Assembly (NCBI GenBank): GCA_951406725.2
Contig: OX597829.1
Span: forward strand, 18,662,001 to 18,726,000
Direction of reading: 5' to 3'
Source of the DNA: Octopus vulgaris
Lineage: Eukaryota
Length of the DNA stretch: 64,000 nt
The notes under the pieces are model-generated. The model saw only the letters and a list, made by a program, of their open reading frames with translations. It had not been told where the DNA came from and searched no databases. Both the position numbers and the translations under genes were made by a program. Shown in pieces: positions 12,760 to 25,731 of the stretch (position 1 is the first letter of the stretch; each line of letters starts with the position of its first letter).

Positions 12760-13645
12760 TTGAGTCTCACTGAAGTGATGACAAAAGACCAAACAGTTGG
12801 CATTTACTGCGCTTGAGAAGTCCTGTCCAACTAAGTAAAATCAAGGCCAATAAAGGCATGTCCTTTATGTCCACAACCCCCGCACACAATATGTCCCCAG
12901 CAAACCTTTTCACGACATCTCATCTTCCCAATAAGCCCTGCCTCCTCCAGTGTTTACCACTCGTTGTATTCCTCACCCCTCCATCTCCTGCTCTCCCATG
13001 TGAACCTACTGCATAAAACATGTCCATGTCAAATCTATTTTCCATAACGTATCCTCCAAAACAACCCACCCACTGCCTCTGCCTACTCTCTACATTTCCC
13101 CCAACTCTCCATCCCCCACTCTCGTTTTGCAGTCTCTAGAACTCACCCACCCACTCACTCTAATTCCCAGTCCACTTAACTATATATACCCCTCAGTAAC
13201 TTGGGTGTATGCCCTGTCATATTTTCACCTTATCTCTCTCTTCGCTCTCCTCTCTCTCCCCTTTCTCTCTTCTTCCTCTCTCCATCTGAGTTAACCATGT
13301 ATCTCCCCTACAACAAGACACCTGTTTCTGTCCTTCTGTCATACTCTACCCTCTCTCTCATCACCTGGCACAAAACCACCTCCCTCAATACTACTTCCCC
13401 CCACTCATTCGAGGGGTTCTTGACTTGCAAGTTTCTTGGTGACCTTACTGTTGTTGGTGCTACACAAAAAGCACCTGGTGCATGCTGTGAAGTGTCTGGT
13501 GTTAGGAATGGTATCCTGCTGCAGAAACCATGCCAAAGCAGACAGTAGAGCTTGGCACAGTCGTCATACTTGCCAGCTCCCATCAAGGTGTCCAACCCAT
13601 GCCAGCATGGAAAATGGAAAACAAACATTGAATGATGATGATAAT
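12760..13645 (+). mobile_element. Non-coding element ending in an RTE-type 3' end
   Basis: C/T-rich body followed by ...ccaacccatgccagcatggaaa...tgatgatg, the 3' terminus shared with the long RTE; 5' boundary uncertain. Confidence 0.5.
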
Positions 13646-13709
13646 GATATACATATGTGTGTGTGTGTGTGTACATACATACATACATACATATATACAT
13701 ACATATATA

Positions 13710-14095
13710 GGTGTAGGAGTGATGTGTGGTTAAGTAGCTTGCTTACCAACCACATGGTTCTGGGTTTGGTCCCACTGCATAGCACCTTGGGCAAGTATTC
13801 CCTACTGTAGCCTCAGGCCAACCAAAGACTTGTGAGTGGATTTAGTAGAGGAGAACTCAAAGAAGCCCATAGTATATATGTGTGTGTCTGTGTTTGTGCA
13901 CACCCCCCTCATTTGACAACCGATGCTGGCGTGTTTATGTCCCCGTAACTTAGTGGTTCGGCAAAAGAGACCAATAGAATAAGTACTAGGCTTACAAAGA
14001 GTAAGTCCTGGGGTTGATTTGTTCGACTAAAGACGGTGCTCCAGTACGGCTGCAGTCAAATGACTGAAACAAATAAAAAGTGAAAAAAAAGAGTA
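13710..14095 (+). mobile_element. SINE family A
   Basis: Full-length match to other copies. Confidence 0.85.
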
Positions 14096-14132
<37 letters not shown>

Positions 14133-14251
14133 CACACACACACACACAATGCACACACATACACACATGCATATGTCTATATATCCTTATTGTCATCATT
14201 TAATTGGCCCCTAGTTGAAATTTCATTGCTAAAGGTTTTTGACCTATGCTC

Positions 14252-14593
14252 CAAGACAATGCACTAATCCACAGTTACATCCTGGTAACCAAACTACATG
14301 ACAGAGATAGGCGTCAAAACTTTTTTTCTGATCTTCCTTACAGTCTATACCTTGCTCCCTATGACTTCGGTTGTTCCCCAAGTGGAAAAGGAGAACTTCA
14401 AGGACAGTTGGTTTGAAGACAAGAGTCCTGGAGGACTTTCATGGGGGCCTTCAAGAAGATCGTGGGGCACTACAACAAGTACATTAAAGTCGGAAGATCT
14501 TTCTATGAAGGAGTTTAGAGTTTTGTACTTCTTTGAAAATAATAAATCTCTCTCTCCTGAAAGTGTCTCAAAATTTTTGGAATGCACCTTGTA
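14252..14593 (+). mobile_element. Mariner transposase 3' remnant
   Basis: QDNA at 14252; PYSLYLAPYDF at 14336 (decayed YSPDLAPxDF); ends ...ttttggaatgcaccttg-TA like a mariner TIR. Confidence 0.75.
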
Positions 14594-14678
14594 GCTTGCT
14601 ATAAGAAATTTCTTGTCTAGACCTCTTTGAAGCTTTCACTGTTAATTTTCTAACAAATTACTGCATCTTCATTTACAG

Positions 14679-14739
14679 GAGCCAAAGATCTGTGGCCACC
14701 ACCAATGATACTATTGTGGATGAGCTAACAGGGGATGAG
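14679..14739 (+). CDS. 61-bp coding exon of the same gene ((R)SQRSVATTNDTIVDELTGDE)
   Basis: Acceptor cttcatttacag|G; donor GAG|GTAAGG; phase 2 in matches the exon ending 9864; open frame; phase 0 out. Confidence 0.7.
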
Positions 14740-14983
14740 GTAAGGTTGCAGCTTTCTATTTTTAATTTCTTTCTTTTAAAAAGCAGAGTCCACTTTATAG
14801 AGTGGTTGGAGTTAAGAAGGGCATCCAGCCATAAAAACCCTACCAAAACAGACACGGTAGCCTTGGTAAATTTTCTACCTGGCTGACTCCTGCATGCATG
14901 GAAGATGGGCGTTAAATGATGATGATGATGAAGATGAAGTGCCAGTGTTTATTGGTGAATTGTCAATATTTACTAGAGGATAA

Positions 14984-15368
14984 GGCGGCGAGCTGGCAGA
15001 AACATTATCACGTTGGGTGAAATGCTCAGAGTTATTTCATCTGTCTTAACGTTCTGCGTTCAAATTCTGCCGAGGTCGACTTTGCCTTTTATCCTTTCAG
15101 GGTCAATAAATTAAGTACCAGTTGCATACTGGGGTCGATCTAATTGACTGGCCTCTTCCTCCAAAATTTCGGGCCTTGTGCCTAGACTAGAAAAGATTAT
15201 TTATTCTGTCCGTCTTTACGTTCTGAGTTCAAATTCCGGCAAGGTCGACTTTGCCTTTCATCCTTTCGGGGTTGATAAATTAAGTACCAGTTGTGTGCTG
15301 GGGTCGATCTAATTGACTGGCCCCCTCCCCCAAAATTTTGGGCCTTGTGCCTAGAGTAGAAAAGAATA
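14984..15368 (+). mobile_element. SINE family B head-to-tail dimer
   Basis: Full copy followed by a 5'-truncated copy from ~15201; degenerate TSD tactagagg (14971) / tgctagagg (15371). Confidence 0.8.
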
Positions 15369-15992
15369 ATTGCTAGAGGTAATGCATTAAACTGAAAATG
15401 ATTTTTGCAGATATGGGTCTGCAGTGTTCTATGTGGATGTAATGCAATTAATATAGTTTAGCAAACATTATCATGAATTGGGTTTTGGTGATCTACTGCA
15501 TACTCAGATTGAACAATGGATTATGGAGAGACCATTTAGAAGAGGTAGATCCAAGAAAACTTGGGGCAAAGTGGTGAGAAACATTCCACTGACAGAGGGG
15601 ATGACAGGTAACTGAGACTCCACACAGTTTGTTGTACTTGAGAAGACATGCCAAGCTAAGTAAAATCATAGTTATCCCTACACACAGGCATGTCTCCTGC
15701 ATCATTCTTCACTTGGACGTTCCTAATCTTGCAGTGTCATGTAAAAAGCACCTATACTGGTGCCATACAAAAGCTTCCAGTACACTCTGTAAAGCGGTTG
15801 ACATTAGGAAGGGCATCCAGCTGTAGGAACCATGCTAAAACACACATTCACCCAAGGTGCCATGCAGTGGGACTGAACTTGAAACTATATGGTTGAGAAG
15901 CAAACTTCTTACCACACAGCCCCTGTTTCCAGTAAAAATATGAAACAAGAGAAATAACATATATAGTGGGGCACTACACATAGCCACAACAG

Positions 15993-16584
15993 CTTGCCAG
16001 AACCAATCAGAGAGTACTCTCCCTCTTCCATAAACATACACATTCCTGAAATCCAAATTGTTTCTTCATTTAATCATTTTAGGTCAATGTTCAGTGTTTC
16101 TTATTGGTTGGACAGGTTGTTTGTAAGGGAGAGAAATCTTGCTAGGAATTTATTCTCTGTTAATTAAATAAAATTTCCCCAAGACACCTGATGAAGGCTG
16201 GAGGGTATATCAGTCAAAACATTGCGTTAACAACAAACAAGACGAGGACAAATATCCTTCAAATGTAAATAATGATCGTATCTTTTGATTAAACTTTACA
16301 ATATTTACTCTTTTAATATGCATACATTTATGTCATCTGAGTATGAACTAATTAGCGGTACAAAGAGGGATGGAATGAACGTGGCAAACAAAATTGAAAA
16401 ACATATCTCAAAACCCATGAGCATATGATGGGGAAGAATGCTTGAATGATAAATGGCAGTGATTCCGTAAAAAGTATGCATATATATAGTATAACAAGTC
16501 ATCATCATTATCATTTAACGTCTGTTTTCCATGCTAGCATGGGTTGGACGGTTCGACCAGGGTGTGAGAAGACAGGATGCTGCA
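15993..16584 (+). repeat. 592-bp segment duplicated at 18179-18769
   Basis: Near-identical copies (one G indel and one substitution seen); identical 69-aa ORFs in the track. Confidence 0.95.
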
Positions 16585-16866
16585 CCAGGCTCCAGTCTGA
16601 TCTGGCAGTGTTTTTACAGCTAGATGCCCTTCCTAATGCCAACCACTCCGTGAGTGTAGTGGGTGCTTTTTACGTCCCACCGGCACAGAAGCCAGTCAAG
16701 GTGGCACTGGCATCAGCTACGTTCGGATGGTGCTTTTTACGTGCCACCAGCATGAGTATCACAACTACAATATCCATTTGATTTTTATTTTGATGTTGAT
16801 GTACTTGACTCAGTAGGTCTCCTCAAGCATGGCAGGTTACCCTACAGTTAAAATTATTGTGATAAA

Positions 16867-17569
16867 TCTCTTTATATATAAAGCTGAAGTTGTCTGTGTG
16901 TGGCAGGTTTGGTAGCCTTCAACTAACACTATCTCCTCCAAGACCCTGCAGCTCAAGTTGACCAAAATTGAGAGTATGATAGAAGAAGGCTTGCTCTTCC
17001 TTCCGTAGAAGAAAAAATTCAAATCAGACCATGTTAACACCAAAAATTATTTACATCAAAAAGGTGCTTTTTTCTATGAAAATTCCTATTTTTTGCGATT
17101 TTTTTACTGCTGTGTCGCCATTTTTTGGTATATTTCAACCAGAAAAATGTTACCCTACAGTTAAAATTATTGTGATAAATCTCTTTATATATAAAGCTGA
17201 AGTTGTCTGTGTGTGGCAGGTTTGGTAGCCTTCAACTAACACTATCTCCTCCAAGACCCTGCAGCTCAAGTTGACCAAAATTGAGAGTATGATAGAAGAA
17301 GGCTTGCTCTTCCTTCCGTAGAAGAAAAAATTCAAATCAGACCATGTTAACACCAAAAATTATTTACATCAAAAAGGTGCTTTTTTCTATGAAAATTCCT
17401 ATTTTTTGCGATTTTTTTACTGCTGTGTCGCCATTTTTTGGTATATTTCAACCCGAAAAATGTTCACTTAAAGAGAATAACAAGCTACTTAATGCAAAAT
17501 TTTACTTTTCAAAAATTCCAATTCTAAAGGGTCAACACAAACCTGAGCAATGCCGAGCGATACTGCTAG
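16867..17569 (+). mobile_element. Non-autonomous Helitron with 313-bp tandem duplication
   Basis: A|TC 5' end followed by tttatatataaa; 3' hairpin remnant cctgagcaatgccgag then CTAG|T; 16836-17148 repeated at 17149-17461. Confidence 0.8.
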
Positions 17570-17629
17570 TTACATATAAACTCAAAATACCACATTATTT
17601 TTCTCATTAGAAGATTATCCTTTATGTTA

Positions 17630-17978
17630 ACTTGTTTCAGTCATTAGACTGTGGCCATGCTAGGGCACCACCTTGAAGAATCTTTAGTTGAACCAATGGA
17701 CCCCAGCACTTATTCTTTTAATATATTTTTTTTCCAAACCTGGAACTTATTCTGTTAGACCCTTTTTGTTGAACTGCTAAGTTACTTGGATATAAATATA
17801 CCAAACCAGTTGCCAAGTGGTGATGGGGGACAAACACAAACACACGCATACACATGTGTACATACACTCACACACACACACACACACACACACAATGGGT
17901 TTCATTCAGTTTCTGTTTACCAAATCTATACACAAGGCTTTGGTTGGTGCTTAAAGCTATAGTAGAAGACACTTGCCT
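17630..17978 (-). mobile_element. SINE family A, 5'-truncated and diverged
   Basis: Tail and centre of family A. Confidence 0.7.
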
Positions 17979-18178
17979 ATGGCACCAATATTTTTGGTTA
18001 CTCTGGCTGAAGTTTCTCTTTGCTATTTCTCCATCATTAGGGACAGCTTTCGCTCAGCTCATTCCCAGGTGAGGCTGGCCACCTTGCTTATCACCTCGTT
18101 TCAGTTCTTCTCACTTAGGTTACTGGACCAAACCAAACTGCCAGTTGTTTAACCAATCCATCCATCTAGCATCCCAAT

Positions 18179-18769
18179 CTTGCCAGAACCAATCAGAGAG
18201 TACTCTCCCTCTTCCATAAACATACACATTCCTGAAATCCAAATTGTTTCTTCATTTAATCATTTTAGGTCAATGTTCAGTGTTTCTTATTGGTTGGACA
18301 GGTTGTTTGTAAGGAGAGAAATCTTGCTAGGAATTTATTCTCTGTTAATTAAATAAAATTTCCCCAAGACACCTGATGAAGGCTGGAGGGTATATCAGTC
18401 AAAACATTGCGTTAACAACAAACAAGACGAGGACAAATATCCTTCAAATGTAAATAGTGATCGTATCTTTTGATTAAACTTTACAATATTTACTCTTTTA
18501 ATATGCATACATTTATGTCATCTGAGTATGAACTAATTAGCGGTACAAAGAGGGATGGAATGAACGTGGCAAACAAAATTGAAAAACATATCTCAAAACC
18601 CATGAGCATATGATGGGGAAGAATGCTTGAATGATAAATGGCAGTGATTCCGTAAAAAGTATGCATATATATAGTATAACAAGTCATCATCATTATCATT
18701 TAACGTCTGTTTTCCATGCTAGCATGGGTTGGACGGTTCGACCAGGGTGTGAGAAGACAGGATGCTGCA
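18179..18769 (+). repeat. Second copy of the 592-bp duplication
   Basis: Ends mid-way through an RTE 3' fragment and abuts a SINE B head at ~18774. Confidence 0.95.
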
Positions 18770-19817
18770 TGGAAGGCGGCAAGGTGGCAGAATCATTAGC
18801 ACACTGGGTGAAATACTTAGTGGTATTTCGTCTGCCACTATGTTCTGAGTTCAAATTCCGCCAAGGTCGACTTTGCCTTTCATCCTTTCGGGGTCAATTA
18901 AATAAGTACCAGTTACGCACTGGGGTCAATATAATTGACTTAATCTATATGTTGTCCCACAGTTAACTATAATATATCTAAGACTACATTGTTCAATGTG
19001 CCCTTCCTCATTTTAAGACACTGAGTCATGATTTAAGGAAGATTTGGCTCCTATATCTATTTATAAAAAGGCTCTTGTTGTTTCATGTGTGAAACAACAC
19101 CTGAATGGGAAGCGAATGAAGTGTCATTATAGCAAGTATTCATGATGTGTATAAAGGAAGATTTCACAACATTAGCAAAGATAGCCATCTGTCTGTCCAT
19201 CCATCCATCCATCCATGTCCTTTGTTACACTGTCACAAATGTGTGAATGGTACTTTCTGATTTCTTTTATCTTCTTTCAGTCATTGAGTTGTGGCTATGC
19301 TGGAGCACTGTCTTAAAGAATTTAATCAAGTAAATTGACCCCCAGTAATCATTTTAAGTCTGGTACTCATTCAGTCTGTCTCATTTACCAAACTGCCAAG
19401 GTGTGAGGATGTAAACAAACTAACTCCAGTTGTCAACCAAGAAAGTCGTGGAGGTAGAGTCCTTAGGCTTCTCCTCCATAAAACCCTTTCAGAAAAAAGT
19501 GTTGTTACACTTTCCTGCTAAATTCCCAAGCATGACCAACTGAGACCATGGGTATTATCTAACCCCACTGTGTTCTTGGTTTACCCACTAGGTCTCCTGC
19601 CAGTTGGTTCAGCCTGATATTCTTGACAAAGAGAACAGAAAATAGCAGTGAAGAAGTGAGAGCTGCCACTGCATTTTCTGAACATATCCTTGGCCTTCCT
19701 CATAGTTTACCTGTGTGAGTTACAAAGTTGGGTGAACACCATTCCGTTAATAGTGACAGGTAATTTGTAGGTTATGGTCCTTCTATCATAGATGCGTGTA
19801 AACCATTAAGGTATTTA

Positions 19818-20497
19818 AATCATTAGTATTCAGGTTATCTGTCAACTGTAAAGCTTTTTTATTCATGTTATTTTGAATTAATCATGCATTATCTTGTAGC
19901 TTTGACATTTTGATGATGCAATTATATTTAACCCTTTTGTTACTAAACCGACTGAAACTGGCTCTGGTTCTGTAAGTACAAATGTCTTGCTTTCTAAAGA
20001 ATTAAAATCTTCCACCAAACCTTAGTCACAATTTATGTTCCTAACTCTAGGTTAACCCTTTCGTTACCAACCTGGCTGAAACCGGCTCTGACTCTGTAGT
20101 ACAAATGTATTGTTTTCATAAGTTTTGAATTAAAATCTTTCACCAAACCTTAGTCACAATTTATGTTCCTAACACTAGCTTAACCCTTTCGTTACCAACC
20201 TGGCTGAAACTGGCTCTGGCTCTGTAGTACAAATGTATTGTTTTCATAAGTTTTGAATTAAAATCTTTCCCCGAACCTTAGTCACAATTTATGTTCCTAA
20301 CACTAGCTGAATGATAACTAAGTTATTTTACTAAATTCTTTGTTATATTTAAAATTATTTGAAAGAAAACAGAGAATCTCAAAATAAATACAGTAATGAA
20401 AAGGTTAAGGCAGGTGTGAGAAGTTAGATCTGGTCAGTCGGATCATAAAACAGGCAGAATATTTGGGCTGGATATGGCTGGTTTAAATCCTAAAGGG
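19818..20497. mobile_element. piggyBac-like MITE family P2 carrying a nested P1 composite (19932-20404)
   Basis: Host right end aatcctaaaggg|TTAA at 20497; insert has three P1 left arms, each after TTAA (19928, 20052, 20180), and one right arm ending before TTAA 20405. Confidence 0.8.
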
Positions 20498-21375
20498 TTA
20501 AGGGTCTGTAAGTTTTGGATAGGTTAAGAAGTTATATACACCTAGGAGAGATAGTTTCTGCTGCTCAGTTATCACAGACGGGATAGGGAGGATATACATT
20601 TACTGTCTAAGATGTGGTCACATGACATAACATTGGAACTGTCGCATTCTTCAGTTTCTTTCCTTGTTACAGTTTCTCTACAGTCATAGGTTTACAGAAG
20701 CTCAAGTTAAAATACCAATAGTATTGATGTGAACACTCTTGGTGAGCTCAGGAAGGCAATGGACATAGATTCTTGACAAAACCAATCCAATAAAGGGAAA
20801 AGAGAGAAAATAAAGCCTCTTTCAGATCTGAAGCATTCAACCAACTAGTCATGGTTTTTTTTCCGTTTTGGGGTGTGTATTTTAAGTTTGGCTTGTTGCC
20901 TACCAATTTCAAGTATTTGTGTATTTATCTTCTGTGAATTAAAATCTTTAAAATTAGAACATGTAGAAGTTGTGTTATACAATTATTCACTTCATAATTC
21001 ATCATAATCATCATCATCATCATCATCATCATCATATTCATCATCATAATCATCATCATCATCATTGTTTTAGCATCCATTTTCCCATGCTTGCATCAGT
21101 CAGCTGGAACTTGTTGAGACGGGTTTTCTACTGTTGGATGCCCTTTCTGTCACCTGCCCTCACCTGTTTCCAAGTAATTACTATTTCGGCATGACCCTGA
21201 GACACATTCTCACAGAATATTGGAAATGAATGACACTGCCTTTATGACATTGACACTCATTTACAGCTACCACACGATGTGAAAACAAGGAGACTCAGAC
21301 ACACTCGCCCATACACAAATATACATACATAAGTACATACATACTCACTCACATACACATGGGTGCCCACATGTG

Positions 21376-21427
<52 letters not shown>

Positions 21428-21716
21428 ACAGGCTTGTTTCAGTTTCCATCTACTAAATTCACTCACAAGGCTTTGATCAGCCCAGGACTATAATAGAAGA
21501 CACCAGCCCAATGTTCCATGCAGTGGAACTGAACTCAGAACCATGTGGTTGGGAAGCAAACGTCTTACCAAATATAATACTGATAATTATTTAGTGACTA
21601 GTTAAGATTAAGTTATAATACTATTTGCCTACAAGAGTTTCTTTATTGATACTGTTTAGCCTCAGGTCAGCCCTGATTCTCCAGCTGCATCCACTATCTT
21701 TTATATATATATATAT

Positions 21717-22115
21717 AGGAGTGGCTGTGTGGTAAGTAGCTTGCTTACCAACCACATGGTTCCGGGTTCAGTCCCACTGCATGGCACCTTGGGCAAGTGT
21801 CTTCTACTATAGCCTCGGGCTGACAAAAGCCTTGTGAATGGATTTGGTAGATGGAAACTGAAAGAAGCCCGTCGTATATATGTATATATATATATGTGTG
21901 TGTGTGTTGTTTGTGTTTGTCCCCCTACCCAACATCGCTTGACAACCGGTGCTGGTGAGTTTACATCCCCGTAACTTAGCAGTTCGGCAAAAGAGACCAA
22001 TAGAATAAGTACTAGGCTTGCAAAGAATAAGTCCTGGGGTTGATTTGCTCAACTAAAGGCAGTGCTCCAGCATGGCCGCAGTCAAATGACTGAAACGAGT
22101 AAAAGAGTAAAAAGT
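21717..22115 (+). mobile_element. SINE family A
   Basis: Near full-length, low divergence. Confidence 0.9.
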
Positions 22116-22349
22116 ATCTATGGCTACATAGTTTGTGTTATTTTGTTTTTAAAAGACAATAGGTTGGGTGTGATTACGAAAGTGATTTGATTGCTTAATA
22201 TTGTGTTTTCTTCAATTGTCACATGATCATTTGAATACTTAATTCTTTAGCATTTAAACCAGCCATATCTGGCCTCTCACACCTACCCTCCTGTGTCATT
22301 CTATAAGTAAACAATCACATCGTTGAAATCTCAAAGCTATGAGATAATG

Positions 22350-23165
22350 CACAGCACCTGTGCTTGTGACACATGTGAGACACCCATGCTGGTGACACAT
22401 AAGAGGCACCTATGCCAGTGTCAGGCAAATAGCACCTGTGACACATAAATGGCACCTGTGCCAGTGACATGTAAAAGACATCCAATACACTCTATGGAAC
22501 AGTTGGCATAAGGAAGGGCATCCAGCTGTAGAAACCAAGTCCAAAAATACTGGAGCCTGGTGCAGCTCTCTGGTTTACCAGTTCCAGTCAAACCGGCTAC
22601 TTTCACTACATGGTTTCAGATCAAGTCATTTTGTTGTTAAGTACAGCTCCAAAAGCTTTGTGGGTCAGTGGTTGGTGTTAGGAAGGATATCCAGTCATAG
22701 AAACCAGGCCAAAACAGATTGGAGCCTGGTGCAGCTCTCCAACTTACCACTTCCAGTCAAACTGTCTAACCCATGCCAGCATGGAAAAATAAACACTAAA
22801 TGATGATGATGAGGGTTTTGAACAGGGTGAATGTGAATGAGAAAGGGCTAAAGGAATATCTGAGAAAAAAATACCCAGTAATGCCTGTTACATCGATATC
22901 ATCATCATCATCATCATTATTATCATTTAACGTTTGCTTTCCATGCTGGCATGGGTTGGACGGTTTGACTGAGGACTGGCAAGCCAGAAGGCTGCACCAG
23001 TCTCCAATCTGATTTGGCTGGATGCCCTTCCTAATGCCAACCTCTCCAACGGTGTAGTGGGTGCTTTTTATGTGTCACTGGCACAGGGGCAGTCAGGTGG
23101 CCATGCTCGAATGGTGCCTTTTATGTGCCACTGGCACAGGAGCCAGTGAGGCAGCACTGGCATAT
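22350..23165. mobile_element. Cluster of RTE 3'-end fragments in both orientations
   Basis: aggaagggcatccagctgtagaaac / ccaacccatgccagcatggaaa motifs and (GAT)n/(CAT)n tails. Confidence 0.7.
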
Positions 23166-23214
23166 CCACCAATGTAACTTGTAACAAGGAACATGTGACC
23201 AGGGAATGTAAAGA

Positions 23215-23537
23215 GTAAAGGCCCTTTTTGGTCATGAATGACCATGGGATTAGACCGAAAAGGCTCACTTCTGAGGTACAAGTTTGGGGAAGGTTGTTTG
23301 AGGAAGACCAGCAGCTGTCCATACATACCAGCCTGCCCTCTCCATACCACCAATGGGGAAAGCAAAGGCTGATACAGTTTGGTACCAATGACGTCACAAC
23401 TCCTTTCTACAGCTTAGTAACTGGAGCAAAGTGAAATAAAGTGTCTTGCTCAAGAACACAACACAGCCCAGGCTGGGAATTGAACTCACTACCTCATGAT
23501 TGAAATCCTGATGCTATAACCACTGAGCCACGTGCCA
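23215..23537 (-). mobile_element. SINE family C (tRNA head, CORE/Deu-like centre)
   Basis: Reverse complement of 28371-28710; A box tggctcagtggtt and B box gagttcaattcc. Confidence 0.75.
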
Positions 23538-23944
23538 AGGAATTTAACACCTGGTTAAAAAAATATAGTCCTCAAAGTTCTTTGTAAATGAATAAATCAG
23601 CTTACAATACACCTGCTGTGCTAGTACTCATACAAAAACCTGGACTATTTGACTCGACACTAGAGGAGATCCAGACAACTGATGCTAAAAACCCAAAAAC
23701 TATTAACCACTACCAAAAATTCCCATCTCGACACTGATACTGACTGTTTCTACCTAAAAACACAAAGTATAAAAGAAAAGAAAATGAAGTTTATCATTAA
23801 TTCAAACAGCCATTACATGTCACATATACTTTCAAACACCTGTGTACACTAACATATTTGAAGTAATAATCTAAGACATTTTAATTTCATTTGATTAACA
23901 TTATTATATCTTTGTTGATGAGGACAATTGTTAGGTAAATGGTG

Positions 23945-24325
23945 GAGGCGCAATGGCCCAGTGGTTAGGGCAGCGGACTCGCGGTCGTAGGATCGCGGTT
24001 TCAATTCCCAGACCGGGCATTGTGAGTGTTTATTGAGCGAAAACACCTAAAGCTTCACGAGGCTCCTGCAGGGGGTGGTGGTGAACCCTGCTGTACTCTT
24101 TCACCACAACTTTCTTTCACTCTTTCTTCCTGTTTCTGTTGTACCTGTATTTCAAAGGGCCAGCCTTGTCACACTCTGTGTCACGCTGATTCTCCTCGAG
24201 AACTATGTTAAGGGTACACGTGTCTGTGGAGTGCTGGGCCACTTGCACGTTAATTCCACGATCAAGCTGTTCCGTTGATCGTATCAGCTGGGGCCCTCAT
24301 CGTCGTAACCGACGGAGTGCTCCTA
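23945..24325 (+). mobile_element. tRNA-derived SINE (separate, young-looking family)
   Basis: Head ggcgcaatggcccagtggttagggcag...gtttcaattcc with A/B boxes, then a non-tRNA body; CpGs retained. Confidence 0.7.
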
Positions 24326-24412
24326 TATATTATATGTTAGGTAAATGATAACAACAGGTCAGAAGAGACAGGGGAAGACAACCTTGAAATTATAATTAAT
24401 AAAAATTAATAT

Positions 24413-24800
24413 CGCAGGAGTAGCTGAGTGGTAAGTAGCTTCCTTACCAACCACATAGTTCCAGGTTCAGTCCCACTGCGTGGAGCCTTGGGCAAGTGTC
24501 TTCTATTATAGCCTCAGGCTGACCAAAGCTTTAGTAGACGGAAACTGAAAGAAGCCTGTCGTATATATATATGTGTGTGTGTGTGTGTGTATATATGTTT
24601 TTGTGTGTCTGTGTTTGTCCCCCCAACATCACTTGACAACTGATGCTGGTGTGTTTGCATCCCCATCAATTAGCAGTTCGGCAAGAGAGACCTATAGAAT
24701 AAATACTAGGCCTACAAAGAATAAGTTATGGGGCCAGTTTGCTTGACCAAAGGTGGTGCTCCAGCATGACTGCAGTCAAATGACTGAAACAAATAAAAGA
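24413..24800 (+). mobile_element. SINE family A
   Basis: Full-length match. Confidence 0.85.
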
Positions 24801-24901
24801 ATATATATGGAATGCTGTGGGAAATGAGTTTGATTTCTTTGTTGTTTACATTTCACCAGTTGTTTTGTATGACCAGTGACTGTTTTTTCTCTTTCTTTCT
24901 T

Positions 24902-24939
<38 letters not shown>

Positions 24940-25679
24940 TCCAGTTCTGTTAGTCTCCTTTAACTGTGTTTAGTCTTTCTCCATCTTCTCACTTTTTGTT
25001 CTTATTACACATACATGCACACACACTCACACACGCAGTCATCGTCATCATCATCATCATCATCAACATATTTCTTAACAAGATACATCTAAGATGGACC
25101 CTTACACCAATACCTAACATATCTCCAATCAGCAATTATTCTGGATATCCTGACATCTTAAGATCAAATCTACCTCATTCCAGCCATTTATTACTCAGCT
25201 TGTTTCCTACCTTCCAGCTCCTGCTGCTCGCTAGCTCTCTCCCTTTCGACACGCATCATTTCATTAAACATAGCATGGCCGTTCAAGTATGACCTCCAGT
25301 ATTTACATTCACAGTTGCTTCCTCAACTCAAGGTTTCTATTTCAAATCTTCAAAAGAAACCGGAGGTCAATGGCAGCTGATATGTTCAGGTTTAAAGCAG
25401 ATAATTAAGTGTTCTGTCAGGTCTTTCGCAACAAATGCATTGTTCCGCTTCTAGTAATTTCTCATTCTGGAGAATGGAAATCTTATCACGTTTCATGGTA
25501 AACGGTAACAGAATGTGTAATACAAACAAGTCCTTCTATGATAGTGAGGTGAATAATTGTAGTTAGGTGTGAAATTATTATGTATAATTATGAAATTGAT
25601 ATGTTTGCTGCTAGAGTAAACAAGGATTAGAAATTTAGGGGGCTGTTGAATCAGTTGGCAAAAAAAGGGGTTTTTCTAC

Positions 25680-25731
<52 letters not shown>

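Noticed and set aside
14298-14594. 98-aa ORF with acceptor-like cttacag at 14343 as an exon of the host gene
   Set aside because: It is a mariner remnant (QDNA, YSPDLAP-like); splicing in phase 2 hits a stop within about 25 codons
23945-24020. tRNA gene (also 25987 and 28371)
   Set aside because: A/B boxes are present but there is no complete acceptor stem, and each runs into a SINE body
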